A DNA stretch of 64,000 nt, taken from NCBI GenBank assembly GCA_963745835.1, contig CAVUZH010000003.1, forward strand, positions 1,184,001 to 1,248,000, read 5' to 3'. The notes under the pieces are model-generated. The model was not told the origin of the DNA and made no database searches. It was given only the letters and a program-made list of their open reading frames with translations. Positions 1-9,077 of the stretch are shown in pieces; within the stretch, counting starts at the first letter, position 1, and the number at the start of each line of letters is the position of its first letter. Origin of the DNA: an uncultured delta proteobacterium (lineage in GTDB: Bacteria; Desulfobacterota; Binatia; UBA9968). The translations under genes and the position numbers were made by a program.

Positions 1-782
1 CCCACCGCTGCTGCCAATCCCTCCTGGTCGACTTTGCCGCCGCCGAGCCGAATATTCTCGGCGTGGTGAGTGTTACGAAAAATATATGCGAGAAAAAGCT
101 TGTTGGCGTCGATAGCTTCACGCGGATTCTCTGAAACCGCTGCGGTGATAAAACCCGCTACATCGACCTTGTTCAGCGATTTGCCGGCTTTCGCCGCGCC
201 GCTCCGGATTTCGGTAATGCACCGCGTGATATATGCCGGAGAGCACCCGCCCGAAAGCAAGACGCCATCGCCGATTTCACCTGCCAGCTGAAGCATCCGA
301 GGACGCACCGCAGTGACATACATTGGAATTGGCGTCGACGGCACAAAGCCCATCTTTGGACCGTTCAGCTGAAACATCTCGCCTTTATAATCAACTGAAT
401 CTCCCTTCAACAATCGACGAAGGATGTCGACGTATTCACGCATCGTTTTCAAAGGGCGAGGCGACTCGATGCCGGCTTCTTTCAGCGCGGCGGCGTTGCC
501 AGTTCCCGGGCTGGCAATCACCCTCCCTGGCGCAAATTCCTCCATCGTAGCCAGCGACATGGCGGAGATGATCGGCGCGCGCGAATATGGACTCATCGGC
601 GCGGGCGCGACCTTGATCCGTTCAGTCGAAGCGAGCAGAGCCATCGAGGTCGTCAGCGAATCTCTGAAGCAAAGATGGTCGGACATCCAAAGCGACTCCA
701 TGCTAGCCTCATCGGCGAGCCGGGCGAGTTCGATCATCTCCTGAACTGAATAGAATCCGTCAAAGCATAAGCCCAACCGCAT
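1..782 (-). CDS. LLM-class (luciferase-like) flavin-dependent oxidoreductase, 3' end runs off the window
   Basis: Not in the ORF track. Hand translation from ATG at 782 gives MRLGLCFDGFYSVQEMIELARLADEASMESLWMSDH...PRMLQLAGEIGDGVLL, typical Mer/LLM motifs; frame open to the window edge. Confidence 0.85.
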   Translation of the reverse strand, partial: MRLGLCFDGFYSVQEMIELARLADEASMESLWMSDHLCFRDSLTTSMALLASTERIKVAPAPMSPYSRAPIISAMSLATMEEFAPGRVIASPGTGNAAALKEAGIESPRPLKTMREYVDILRRLLKGDSVDYKGEMFQLNGPKMGFVPSTPIPMYVTAVRPRMLQLAGEIGDGVLLSGGCSPAYITRCITEIRSGAAKAGKSLNKVDVAGFITAAVSENPREAIDANKLFLAYIFRNTHHAENIRLGGGKVDQEGLAAAV

Positions 783-860
783 AAAGCCACCTTCCCTTTT
801 TAGAGCCTTCCTGAACTCGCATGCTCTCGTGTCATTGCTTCGGATTATCGGTTAGAACTG

Positions 861-1973
861 CTAAAACCCATTCTGCAAAATAACCGGCAAGGTTTCCGCC
901 GTGATATGCGCAAGCCCGATTTTTTCTAAAGTTAAACCTTCTTTTGAGTAATCGATTCCATTAGCCACTGAAGCCAGCCTGATCAACGAGTTCATCACCG
1001 GAGTTTCAATACCAAAGAGCCGGCCAATTTCCGCCATCGGCACCAAGCCATAGCCAACATCTTCATGAAGATAGCGGTGATCAAGGCACGCCGGGGACTT
1101 GATCTTGAAGTTAGGCTCACTTTCATGAATCGCACGATAAATTGAACCGCTGGCCCGTGCTTCATCCGAAGTCAGCCCCGCTTGATAAAAGATATCGATG
1201 AAAGGTGTCGGTGCTTAAGCCTGAGGCTCTTAACAATCTGCTAAGCGCTCTTTATCGACCTCTTCGATCCACGCCGCGATCGCCGGGGTTATCTCCTTCG
1301 CGATAATACAAAAAATTACCGGCGGTGTTTTCGATCCAACCCGCGTTGCCGAGCATTCCCGCCGGATGCATGATGGCGTTGATATTCGACAAACCCGTTT
1401 CAAGCACGTTCTGAGCAACTGTGACATTGGGGTAAATACTCTGAATTTCGCCGATCAAATCGTCGGTGTATCGCGCGCGGGAAAAGCCGCGCAGCGCAGA
1501 TTCGTTGTGCGCCGATAGATTTCCACGTGCGCCGGTTTCAGCATGCGGCAAATATAGGTCAGGGTCACAGTCTCGCAAAGTCTGACGGTGGCTTTATTAC
1601 CGCACCGCCGCAGGATGTTGGCAAAATGCAGCGAGCCTCCAGTATGACCGGGATTTAAGAGAATAGATTGGCCGTCTCGGAGATGTGCTGCCATGCTTTG
1701 CGCCAGATATTCATGCGCAACCGCCGGCGCTGCAACAATAATCAGATCGACGCCATCAATAACCGGGACAATATGCGGGCTGTGAAAATAGGGAGCGGCA
1801 AACTTTTCTTCGCCGGCCTCTCAAAGCGTGATACCACCCTGCTTGATAATCGGCAGCAGAGTCGCATCGGACCGGGAAAACAGCCGAACTTCGTAGCCGC
1901 GCAGCGTCAAATCAGCCGCCGCTGCGCACCCGCCATTGCCTGCGCCCAAGACGGCGATTTTACGAATTGCCAT
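861..1973 (-). pseudogene. NAD/NADP octopine/nopaline (opine) dehydrogenase family gene, disrupted
   Basis: Starts MAIRKIAVLGAGNGG (Rossmann); later LNPGHTGG, NINAIMHP and RYLHEDVGYGLVP motifs. One in-frame TGA (1821-1823) and frame changes near 1470, 1290 and 1215-1240. Confidence 0.8.
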
Positions 1974-2059
1974 ACGTCACGAATATGCTTGACGCCTAAT
2001 ATTCTAAGAACTTAGACCAGGAATATTCGAAACTACTCGAACTCGTGGGAGTCTGCTAA

Positions 2060-3217
2060 TTAGGACTTGATTCGATAGTGTTCCAGTTTGTCTTCATCCA
2101 GTTCGATGCCCAGTCCCGGTTTGGCTGAAACAATGATATCGCCGTTGTCGAAAGCGAACGGTTCGCTGATGATGTCGTCCTGGTAATAAATTCCTGCGAT
2201 GCCTTTTTTCGATTTCTCCTTGGGCGAAGAAACCGGCACCACACAGCCGTATGTAACAACCCCCGTCGATGCGGCCAGATGCAGATTGGCGGCGTTACCG
2301 ACTCCCGTTTCTACTGATCCGTTTACATTGCACGGCAATCCCGCGGCTTCAGCAATGGCGGCAACCTTTTTAGCTTTGAACATTCCGCCCGGCTTGGTCG
2401 TGTAAATCGAAATGATATCGGCCGCCTTCTTTTGAACAATCTCGAGCACGTCTTGCGCTGTCCAGGCGCTTTCATCGGCCATGATCGGTGTATTGACGCG
2501 GCGAGCAACCTCGGCCATGTGATCGATACCCTCCACCGGTTGCTCCATGTAGAAGAGATCGTATTCTTCCATGGCTTCGATTATTCTAACCGCCATCTTG
2601 ACGGTGGGATAACCCTGATTGGCATCGACGCAGATATGCAAATCGCGACCAATGGCCTTTCTGATCTGCTTAACCAGCTCGACGTCCCGCTCGTGATCGA
2701 CCCCGCCTTTGAGCTTGATCGTCTTGACGCCTTCGGCTTTGGCCTGAATCGCTTCCTTTACGGCCTTGTCGATTTCCATTAGCCCCAGACTGTGCGCGAT
2801 GCTGACCCGCTCGCGAAAACAACCACCGAGCAACTGGTACGCAGGAACGTTCAGAGCCTTGCCGACGACGTCATAAAGCGCGGCATCGATAGCCGCTTTA
2901 CAATAAGGATATCCTTTGACGGCTTTGTCCATGAGAGCATGGACCGCTTCGAAGCGGCGCGGATCTTGGTCTTTCAATGCCGGCGCGAGAATATCATCGA
3001 TGATGTGAATCGTGCTCTGCGGCGTTTCCCCGAAATATCTGCCATAATCACCGCCCCAATCCTTCAGCACCGGCGCTTCGCCGAGGCCGACCAAACCATC
3101 GTCGGTGTGCAATTTGATGATCACGTAGACACCGATAGGTGTCGTCAGACTGGCCCACTGGTGCACCCTGCGCGTCGGCAGGCGAATCGGGATGGTCTCT
3201 ACAAACGTAATCTTCAT
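2060..3217 (-). CDS. Enolase-superfamily protein, muconate cycloisomerase-like
   Basis: KLKGG (KxK), DANQG, EQP and MADES metal-ligand motifs. Start moved to MKITFVET (3217) to avoid overlap with the upstream gene. Confidence 0.85.
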   Translation of the reverse strand: MKITFVETIPIRLPTRRVHQWASLTTPIGVYVIIKLHTDDGLVGLGEAPVLKDWGGDYGRYFGETPQSTIHIIDDILAPALKDQDPRRFEAVHALMDKAVKGYPYCKAAIDAALYDVVGKALNVPAYQLLGGCFRERVSIAHSLGLMEIDKAVKEAIQAKAEGVKTIKLKGGVDHERDVELVKQIRKAIGRDLHICVDANQGYPTVKMAVRIIEAMEEYDLFYMEQPVEGIDHMAEVARRVNTPIMADESAWTAQDVLEIVQKKAADIISIYTTKPGGMFKAKKVAAIAEAAGLPCNVNGSVETGVGNAANLHLAASTGVVTYGCVVPVSSPKEKSKKGIAGIYYQDDIISEPFAFDNGDIIVSAKPGLGIELDEDKLEHYRIKS

Positions 3218-3222
3218 GCTTG

Positions 3223-4335
3223 TCAACCGACTCTTAACAAGGTGTCGGCCGGTGTGTAATCGGACAGCAACTCGCAACCTTTTTGGGAAACGCAAAACAT
3301 ATCCTTGTTTTGCATGCCGAAGCGTCCGGTAATATAAACCAACGGTTCGAAAGCTCCGACCATTCCGGCTTCGACAATCTCGTCGCCGTAACGGCCCATA
3401 TAGGGCTCCTCGTGGAGATGCAGGCCGATCCCATGGGCGACGAAGCTGATCGGGTCGAAACCCAACTCGCTAAACTTCGCCAGGAAGCTTTGGTAAATCT
3501 CCTTACAGCGAGCGCCGGGTTTGATTAAATCCATCACCAGATATTTGCATTCAATCAAGTTGGCCCAGATTTTCTCCTGCTCGGAAGTTGCCTGCCCGAC
3601 CACAGCGGTGCGGCACACTCCGGCCAAATAACCATTCTTCTGGCCGAAGATTTCCATGCGAATCAGATCGCCTTTTTGCAGCTTGCGTTCAGTAGGTCCA
3701 ACGTTGGGAAATTGGCTGCGTTCGCCGGACGCGATGATCATGAGCTTGTAGTTTTCTGCGCCGCCGGCAAACAGTTCGGTCAATAATCGGCCGGCTAGCT
3801 CTAGCTCGCTGATACCGGGGTTGGCCCGCACCAAGGTATCGCCAATCGCCTTGTCCGTCAGCTTACTGAGTGATCTTAGCAGCGAAAGCTCACCGGCTGT
3901 TTTTATCTGACGGGCCTTATTAAAGACCGCATCGCCGGCGCTCCAGCGGGCATTAGGAAGAAGTCTCTGCAGAGTCGCGAAATCTTTAGCCGGTAGATAT
4001 TCGATCTCGATCGCGAGGCTACCTCTAGCGAGATCAAGATCTGTTAGCGCCTCCGCTAGTTTCTCCATCGGATCATCGCTGAACTCGCGATAAATACGCA
4101 GATCATCGATGCCCGCGTGCGCTTTGACTGTGCTCGCTTCCATGTCAATGGCGACCATGGTTAGCTGCCCATCGCAGGTGACTATACAGATCGCATGACG
4201 CCAGCGCATCAACGATTGCGAAGGCACCACAAATCCGGAGACATAGGTTACGTTCTCGGGAGAGATTGCAATCAGCGCGTCGAGTCCTTGGTTGGCGATG
4301 CGCTGCTTAAGGCGAGCGACGATTTCTTGGTCCAT
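3223..4335 (-). CDS. Xaa-Pro peptidase (M24)/creatinase-like family protein
   Basis: Creatinase-like N-terminal domain; HGIGLHLHEEP and FEP motifs. Confidence 0.85.
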   Translation of the reverse strand: MDQEIVARLKQRIANQGLDALIAISPENVTYVSGFVVPSQSLMRWRHAICIVTCDGQLTMVAIDMEASTVKAHAGIDDLRIYREFSDDPMEKLAEALTDLDLARGSLAIEIEYLPAKDFATLQRLLPNARWSAGDAVFNKARQIKTAGELSLLRSLSKLTDKAIGDTLVRANPGISELELAGRLLTELFAGGAENYKLMIIASGERSQFPNVGPTERKLQKGDLIRMEIFGQKNGYLAGVCRTAVVGQATSEQEKIWANLIECKYLVMDLIKPGARCKEIYQSFLAKFSELGFDPISFVAHGIGLHLHEEPYMGRYGDEIVEAGMVGAFEPLVYITGRFGMQNKDMFCVSQKGCELLSDYTPADTLLRVG

Positions 4336-4554
4336 AACTAGCGGTGTGAATGCTTCAAGAAACTTGACTAATCAAATGCCATGAATGTCCCGGAGAATAG
4401 CTGCTGTGATTTGGACCGTCAAGGAGAGCAGCCGAACGCTCAGCGTTGTTTTGATATTCTGGGCTGGCAGAAAAAAGGGCTGCACAGTTTCCACGCGCTA
4501 TCTTTAAATTGCAAGTTTATCGACAGTAACTGCGAGCAGTTAGGCTTTAGAGTT

Positions 4555-5673
4555 TTAGTAAAAGCCGGCAAAATGATCGAAAGAGACTTTTCTGTCAGCC
4601 ACCGCTGACCCGACGGCTTGGAGATCGGCAATATACTCGATGGAGTCAAGTTGCTGCACGTTCTTGGGCTCGATGCCCGGAAGTCCGAGACCATCCAGCC
4701 CGTGCCGCGTCAACTCGGCATTGTATCGCAGATAGGTAAAAAGCCTTGCTTGGACAGGGCCTCTCGTGCCGATCATATTGCCGACTTCGCGATCCAGCGG
4801 ATCTCCGGCCAGGCATTTACCAAATACTCTGCATAGAAAATCCTGCTCGTTCAGCGCCGCTGCCATTAATGCCGATGGTATCGAGCTGGCGTTGTAAAGC
4901 ACGTTCATTTCATCCGGCCGCAGGTCGGCGTTCGCGTCCGGGCTCGTTCCGGTCCCAACTGATACAACGAGCAGATTATCTTCGCCCACCGGCCAGTTCA
5001 GATTAAACGCTTCCACCGTGGCCATCAGGAAGGCCTGGAACGCCGGGTTGTTGTACATCGTGATACCGCCATCGACAAAGATGAATTCCTTCTGTCCGAC
5101 CCGCACCACTTCGGGCGGAAAATAGGTTGGCGCGGCGGTACTGGCCCGAACCAACTGCCACAGCGGCAAATTCAGATTGCAATCCGCGCGCGCGCAATCG
5201 TTGTATTTGGCGCGTGGATTATTCGATATCGGCCAAGGTGAATCGGTCGAAGCGTTGCGCATGACCATCATCAGCAACCCGTCGATCTTTTCACTCCCGA
5301 GGGTGGTGTCGGCGCCAAACTCCTGGCGCAGCCGGGTAGAGAGTTTTTGATCTTCGAATTTATGCCGGTAGTAGCGATTCAGTAATGACGCTTTATCGAA
5401 CATCTCCCGGCCGTTTTGCAGGTAAAAGTCACGAATACGATCGATGCTCATTCGCCAGGAGAGACAGGCGGCAATGATCGCGCCGGTGCTGGTGCCGGCA
5501 AAAAAATCAAAATAATCCGCCAGCACAAAATCGTTGCCCCGCCCCAAATTGTGTCGCAGCATATGTTCTATCTTCGCCAGCACTTCCACGGTCAAAATGC
5601 CGCGAATGCCGCCGCCGTCCAGCGCTAATATTTTCTTCGGTCCTATGCTTTTGATCTTATCCGCCAAACTCAT
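4555..5673 (-). CDS. Patatin-like phospholipase
   Basis: DGGGIRG oxyanion loop, GTSTG nucleophile, ASTAAPTYF and DGG catalytic Asp are all intact. Confidence 0.92.
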   Translation of the reverse strand: MSLADKIKSIGPKKILALDGGGIRGILTVEVLAKIEHMLRHNLGRGNDFVLADYFDFFAGTSTGAIIAACLSWRMSIDRIRDFYLQNGREMFDKASLLNRYYRHKFEDQKLSTRLRQEFGADTTLGSEKIDGLLMMVMRNASTDSPWPISNNPRAKYNDCARADCNLNLPLWQLVRASTAAPTYFPPEVVRVGQKEFIFVDGGITMYNNPAFQAFLMATVEAFNLNWPVGEDNLLVVSVGTGTSPDANADLRPDEMNVLYNASSIPSALMAAALNEQDFLCRVFGKCLAGDPLDREVGNMIGTRGPVQARLFTYLRYNAELTRHGLDGLGLPGIEPKNVQQLDSIEYIADLQAVGSAVADRKVSFDHFAGFY

Positions 5674-5686
5674 TGCCGATCTCCCA

Positions 5687-7651
5687 TCACCACAAAGTCG
5701 TTGTGTCGATCACATAAACCCTGCCTGAATATTTCTGCACGGTCTCAAACATATGCTGAGTGCCGCCGGGGCCGTCGCCGCCGCTGCGGTTCCAAAGACA
5801 AACAAAGCGCACCTTCTCTGGCCCCCATGCCAGCGAAGTGTAAAGTTGCCAAAGGTTTAGCCGCGCGAACGGGTTTGCTTCCGCGGGTAGCGGTCCTAGC
5901 ACTTCGGGCATCACCAACGTTGTGGTATTTGGATGAGCTTTAACTTTGAAGTAGCGTTCCGTCCAGTTGCCCGGAGCGAAGGAGACCGACTTCCGCAAAA
6001 ACGTCGGCTCGTCCAAGGCTAATCGTAGTTCGAGTTTGGCTCCGCGCTGAAGGACGGCTTCGGCAAACAACAGGTCGCCGCCGCATGCGCCGCCGCAGAG
6101 AGCCAGGTCCGCGGACCCCGCGTCCAAGTTTTCCAGGGTAGCCGCTATCGCCGCCGCGGCGATTTTTTCTTTATCGGCAGGAAATCGCGGCTCGGGTCGG
6201 TCCGGAGCATCGATCATATGACCGCTGAATAGCAAAACCTGTCGTGGCGCCCAGGTCTTATCCGGTGGATTGAGCCGGCTTAACGCACGATCGAGAACCG
6301 CCAGTCCAGCTTCAACTTCCTCCGGACGAAAACCCAAAAGTCCCAGGAGCTCGAGCTGCTGGCGTGATGAATTGAGTTTGAACCAGTCCTTATCAGCCAC
6401 CGCGACGGCATTTTTGTATGCCGCATCGACCGCTTGCTTCGCCTCCACCAAAACTTCCAATTCGGCTAAGCTGATGCGCGCCCAGTAATCTTTGGGATTT
6501 CTCTCGAGAGCGCCACGGATCGCCCAGCGCACTCCGCCTTCCATTTCCGCGCGCAGCACATCGGCTTTCAGCTCATCGGTCGACAGGTGAGCCAACAGAT
6601 GCAGCAAGGTCACAGCATTGATTCCTGAGTAGTAGTGCGCCGGATCTTTGCGGAATCCGGTGGAGTATGCGTTGATTGCTTCGCATAGGGTTGCGCTTTC
6701 GCTCTCCGCTTCCCGGCACATATCGACCACAGATCTTCCGTCCTGTTTCCAGCAATCCACCCACGCGTCTTTTTCCACGCGCCCGCGCATCGCCCAGCTC
6801 TCGGCATCTTGAGGGAATTCATCGATCAAATCTTCGATGCACTCTTTGGCATCGTCATGCTTTTTTAGCCGGCCGAGTAATAGGCACTTCTGCCGGCGAC
6901 TCTCCAGATCTCTAGGTCGGATCGCCAGCGCCTCTTCATACTGTGCCAGAGCCAACTTGAATTGGCCTACTGAAAGCAGCGCCCGGCCGGCCTTCTGGAG
7001 TGCTTCGAGGTGAAAAACGCGAGTAGGCGCCTCGCCGGCCAGAACAAGAATATCGCCAGGACGATTGCCTCTCCTGGCTATCTCGATCCGGTCCGCCCAT
7101 ACTTCATATTGCTCCCAAAACTCTTTGGCTTCTTCGATCCGGAGAGACTTCCAATCAGGCTCGTCCAAATAGCGTAGTAGATGATAGACTGGACTCACCT
7201 TGCGTCCATACCAGGCATTGATCGTATGAGTAGCGACCTCCGATAAATTTTTCTTGTCATCCTCCAGGTACTGCGCATCGGGAACCGCTGCGGCCGGGGT
7301 GTTTTTGGCGATTCGGTAACGAACCGAACGTTCGGTAAGAACATCGAAGGGCGTTTGATCGCGCCGGCAGGTAATCTGAACTACGCCCCGCTTCCTGAGC
7401 GCATGGCGCACGCCAAGTTCGTACCAGACGTTAGGATTGTCAATGGACAAGTCGGCGACCACGAGATCCGCGAGCAGTAGTTCCTGGAACATATCTGTGC
7501 GGATATTGCCGGCGCGCATCTCTTCATCGGCGCGAAATACTTCAAAGCCCGCGCCTTCCAAAGCCGGTTTGATCAAATCACGAAATACCGCATTGAAGTC
7601 AATATCTTCCTTGATGCCAAAAGGCATCGCGACAAACGCATGGTGCGCCAT
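5687..7651 (-). CDS. Multidomain protein: deoxyribohydrolase/NDT-like domain + TPR (DUF4071/ASK1 TRAF-binding-like) + C-terminal SLOG-like domain
   Basis: N-term AFVAMPFG...RADE...ADLVVADLSIDNPNVWYELGVRHA; central TPR helices with YYSGINAVTL; C-term LLFSGHMIDAP...ACGGDLLFAEA...GPGGT. Confidence 0.75.
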   Translation of the reverse strand: MAHHAFVAMPFGIKEDIDFNAVFRDLIKPALEGAGFEVFRADEEMRAGNIRTDMFQELLLADLVVADLSIDNPNVWYELGVRHALRKRGVVQITCRRDQTPFDVLTERSVRYRIAKNTPAAAVPDAQYLEDDKKNLSEVATHTINAWYGRKVSPVYHLLRYLDEPDWKSLRIEEAKEFWEQYEVWADRIEIARRGNRPGDILVLAGEAPTRVFHLEALQKAGRALLSVGQFKLALAQYEEALAIRPRDLESRRQKCLLLGRLKKHDDAKECIEDLIDEFPQDAESWAMRGRVEKDAWVDCWKQDGRSVVDMCREAESESATLCEAINAYSTGFRKDPAHYYSGINAVTLLHLLAHLSTDELKADVLRAEMEGGVRWAIRGALERNPKDYWARISLAELEVLVEAKQAVDAAYKNAVAVADKDWFKLNSSRQQLELLGLLGFRPEEVEAGLAVLDRALSRLNPPDKTWAPRQVLLFSGHMIDAPDRPEPRFPADKEKIAAAAIAATLENLDAGSADLALCGGACGGDLLFAEAVLQRGAKLELRLALDEPTFLRKSVSFAPGNWTERYFKVKAHPNTTTLVMPEVLGPLPAEANPFARLNLWQLYTSLAWGPEKVRFVCLWNRSGGDGPGGTQHMFETVQKYSGRVYVIDTTTLW

Positions 7652-8066
7652 GTCATTTCACCTCATCCGTGTCGGCGATCTTAATCCAATGTCGGCCGAC
7701 GTAGCGCTATCATCTTTCCGCACCAATCGGCCTCCGCGCCACATTGAAGTAGCATGTTCCGCTGAAAACCCTTCAGTTAAGATAAATACTCTCAACTAGT
7801 CCGCAAGTATAGTTTTGTTGCCTGGGAAACGCCCGCTAATTCCAACAATATGACTCACGTTGAGCTAAGCTCCAATTGGAATAACGGAATAAGCGGAAGG
7901 AGCCATGATTCTGTGATCCTTCATAACTGAATCGATATGCCTGTGGGCACGGGAACATAGATCGGATTTATCACCTGCCTCGAGAGCCATCCCGTCATTA
8001 CTTTTGCGCTTGGCTTTCTAGCAAAAAATTGCTAACTAATTTAGATTCTCAACTTGGAGGGTTAAG

Positions 8067-8240
8067 GTGAATAGGAAAGAGCTGGAAATGCGCATTTGGG
8101 GCAAGACGATAGCGTCTGCGAAGAAAAAAGGAATTATTTCGGAAGAGGAAGCGCAGTTCCTGCTAGATGAATATCTTAAAGAATTTAAGGTTAAAAATGG
8201 ATGGGATGGAGTAAGTCATTTCATCCCCAGGGTTTTCTGA
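8067..8240 (+). CDS. Small hypothetical protein (57 aa), AT-rich
   Basis: Below the ORF-track cutoff. GGAGG lies 6 nt before GTG 8067; reads MNRKELEMRIWGKTIASAKKKGIISEEEAQFLLDEYLKEF... Confidence 0.4.
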   Translation: MNRKELEMRIWGKTIASAKKKGIISEEEAQFLLDEYLKEFKVKNGWDGVSHFIPRVF

Positions 8241-8448
8241 ATTCTTTACCCGCGAAACGGCTAGCTACTATAACGCTTTGGGTTTCTGCCGTCTTTTGTC
8301 GAAATCAAATTAGCTTCTCGTTTTCTAATGGGGCGTCGATTCCGGACTAAACTTAATTTGTCTTCCGTTCGGCGATCTCTTCGGCTGCGCTCTCACATCT
8401 TCTCGATCGCTGAACTCGCCCGACAACTTGATAGGAGTCTGGCTTCTG

Positions 8449-8913
8449 CTATTGATTTTCCCCGGCCCGAGATTGTTGAATCGCCTCGACAATTGCGTCG
8501 GCTTCAAGACCCAGTTCCAGGGTCTCGATCAGGTCACTGTAACGATCAGGATCTATGATCGCCTTCACTTCCGGCTCGAAGACGTGATATACGGGTAAAC
8601 CCAATTCGACGCCACCGAGCGGCCCGGCATAGGTCGGATCGCCGCGGGTCATGGTTTCGAACTGCACGCGCGCCGCATCGACGTTGGGTGCGCCGAGTAG
8701 CACGACGAGATCATCCGCACCGTATTCCTCTGCGAGTTGTTTGACTCGACCTTGAACCTCAAGGTCCACCGCGCCGGCGGCAGTTCAAACAAAGCACTGG
8801 GTGGTCGCGTAAACTACCTCAGCGCCGAGATTCTCGATGGCCTGTTCAATGGTATGGGCGGGCACCCCGTCGCGTTCGCCGAGGATCGCGATTTTCTTCC
8901 CTCGAAGTTCCAT
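8449..8913 (-). CDS. grdA: Glycine/sarcosine/betaine reductase selenoprotein A (154 aa, Sec at codon 43)
   Basis: ATG 8913 gives MELRGKKIAILGERDGVP...TQCFV-TGA(8787-8785)-TAAGAVDLEVQ...GDPTYAGPL. This is the GrdA CFVUTAAGA signature; the ORF track shows only the part after UGA. Confidence 0.95.
8748..8766 (-). promoter_or_regulatory. Candidate bacterial SECIS hairpin of grdA
   Basis: GACCTTGA-GGT-TCAAGGTC, a perfect 8-bp stem with a G-starting loop, beginning 18 nt after the UGA. Confidence 0.75.
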
Positions 8914-8955
8914 GGAGTTCCTCTCAATCTAAGTTAGCTTGGAAGTTGATTCCGG

Positions 8956-9077
8956 TTATTCCTGTCGTTCCAACATCACCGATATGCCATTTCATTTGTT
9001 ATCACTGTCGTTCTCACCTCACTAACATGCCCATTTCATCTATTATGCCTGTCGCTCCAACATCACCGACATACCAT
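8956..9077. repeat. Three degenerate tandem copies (43-44 bp period) of the grdC 3' end
   Basis: 8956-8990 matches 9043-9077 at 31/35 positions; a more diverged middle copy starts at 8999. Confidence 0.8.

Noticed and set aside
1821-1823. In-frame TGA in the opine dehydrogenase gene as a third selenocysteine
   Set aside because: It is not at a recognisable catalytic Cys position, I see no convincing hairpin downstream, and the gene has several other frameshifts.
8956-9077. CRISPR array
   Set aside because: Units are degenerate, nearly contiguous copies of a gene end with no unique spacers, and no cas operon is present.
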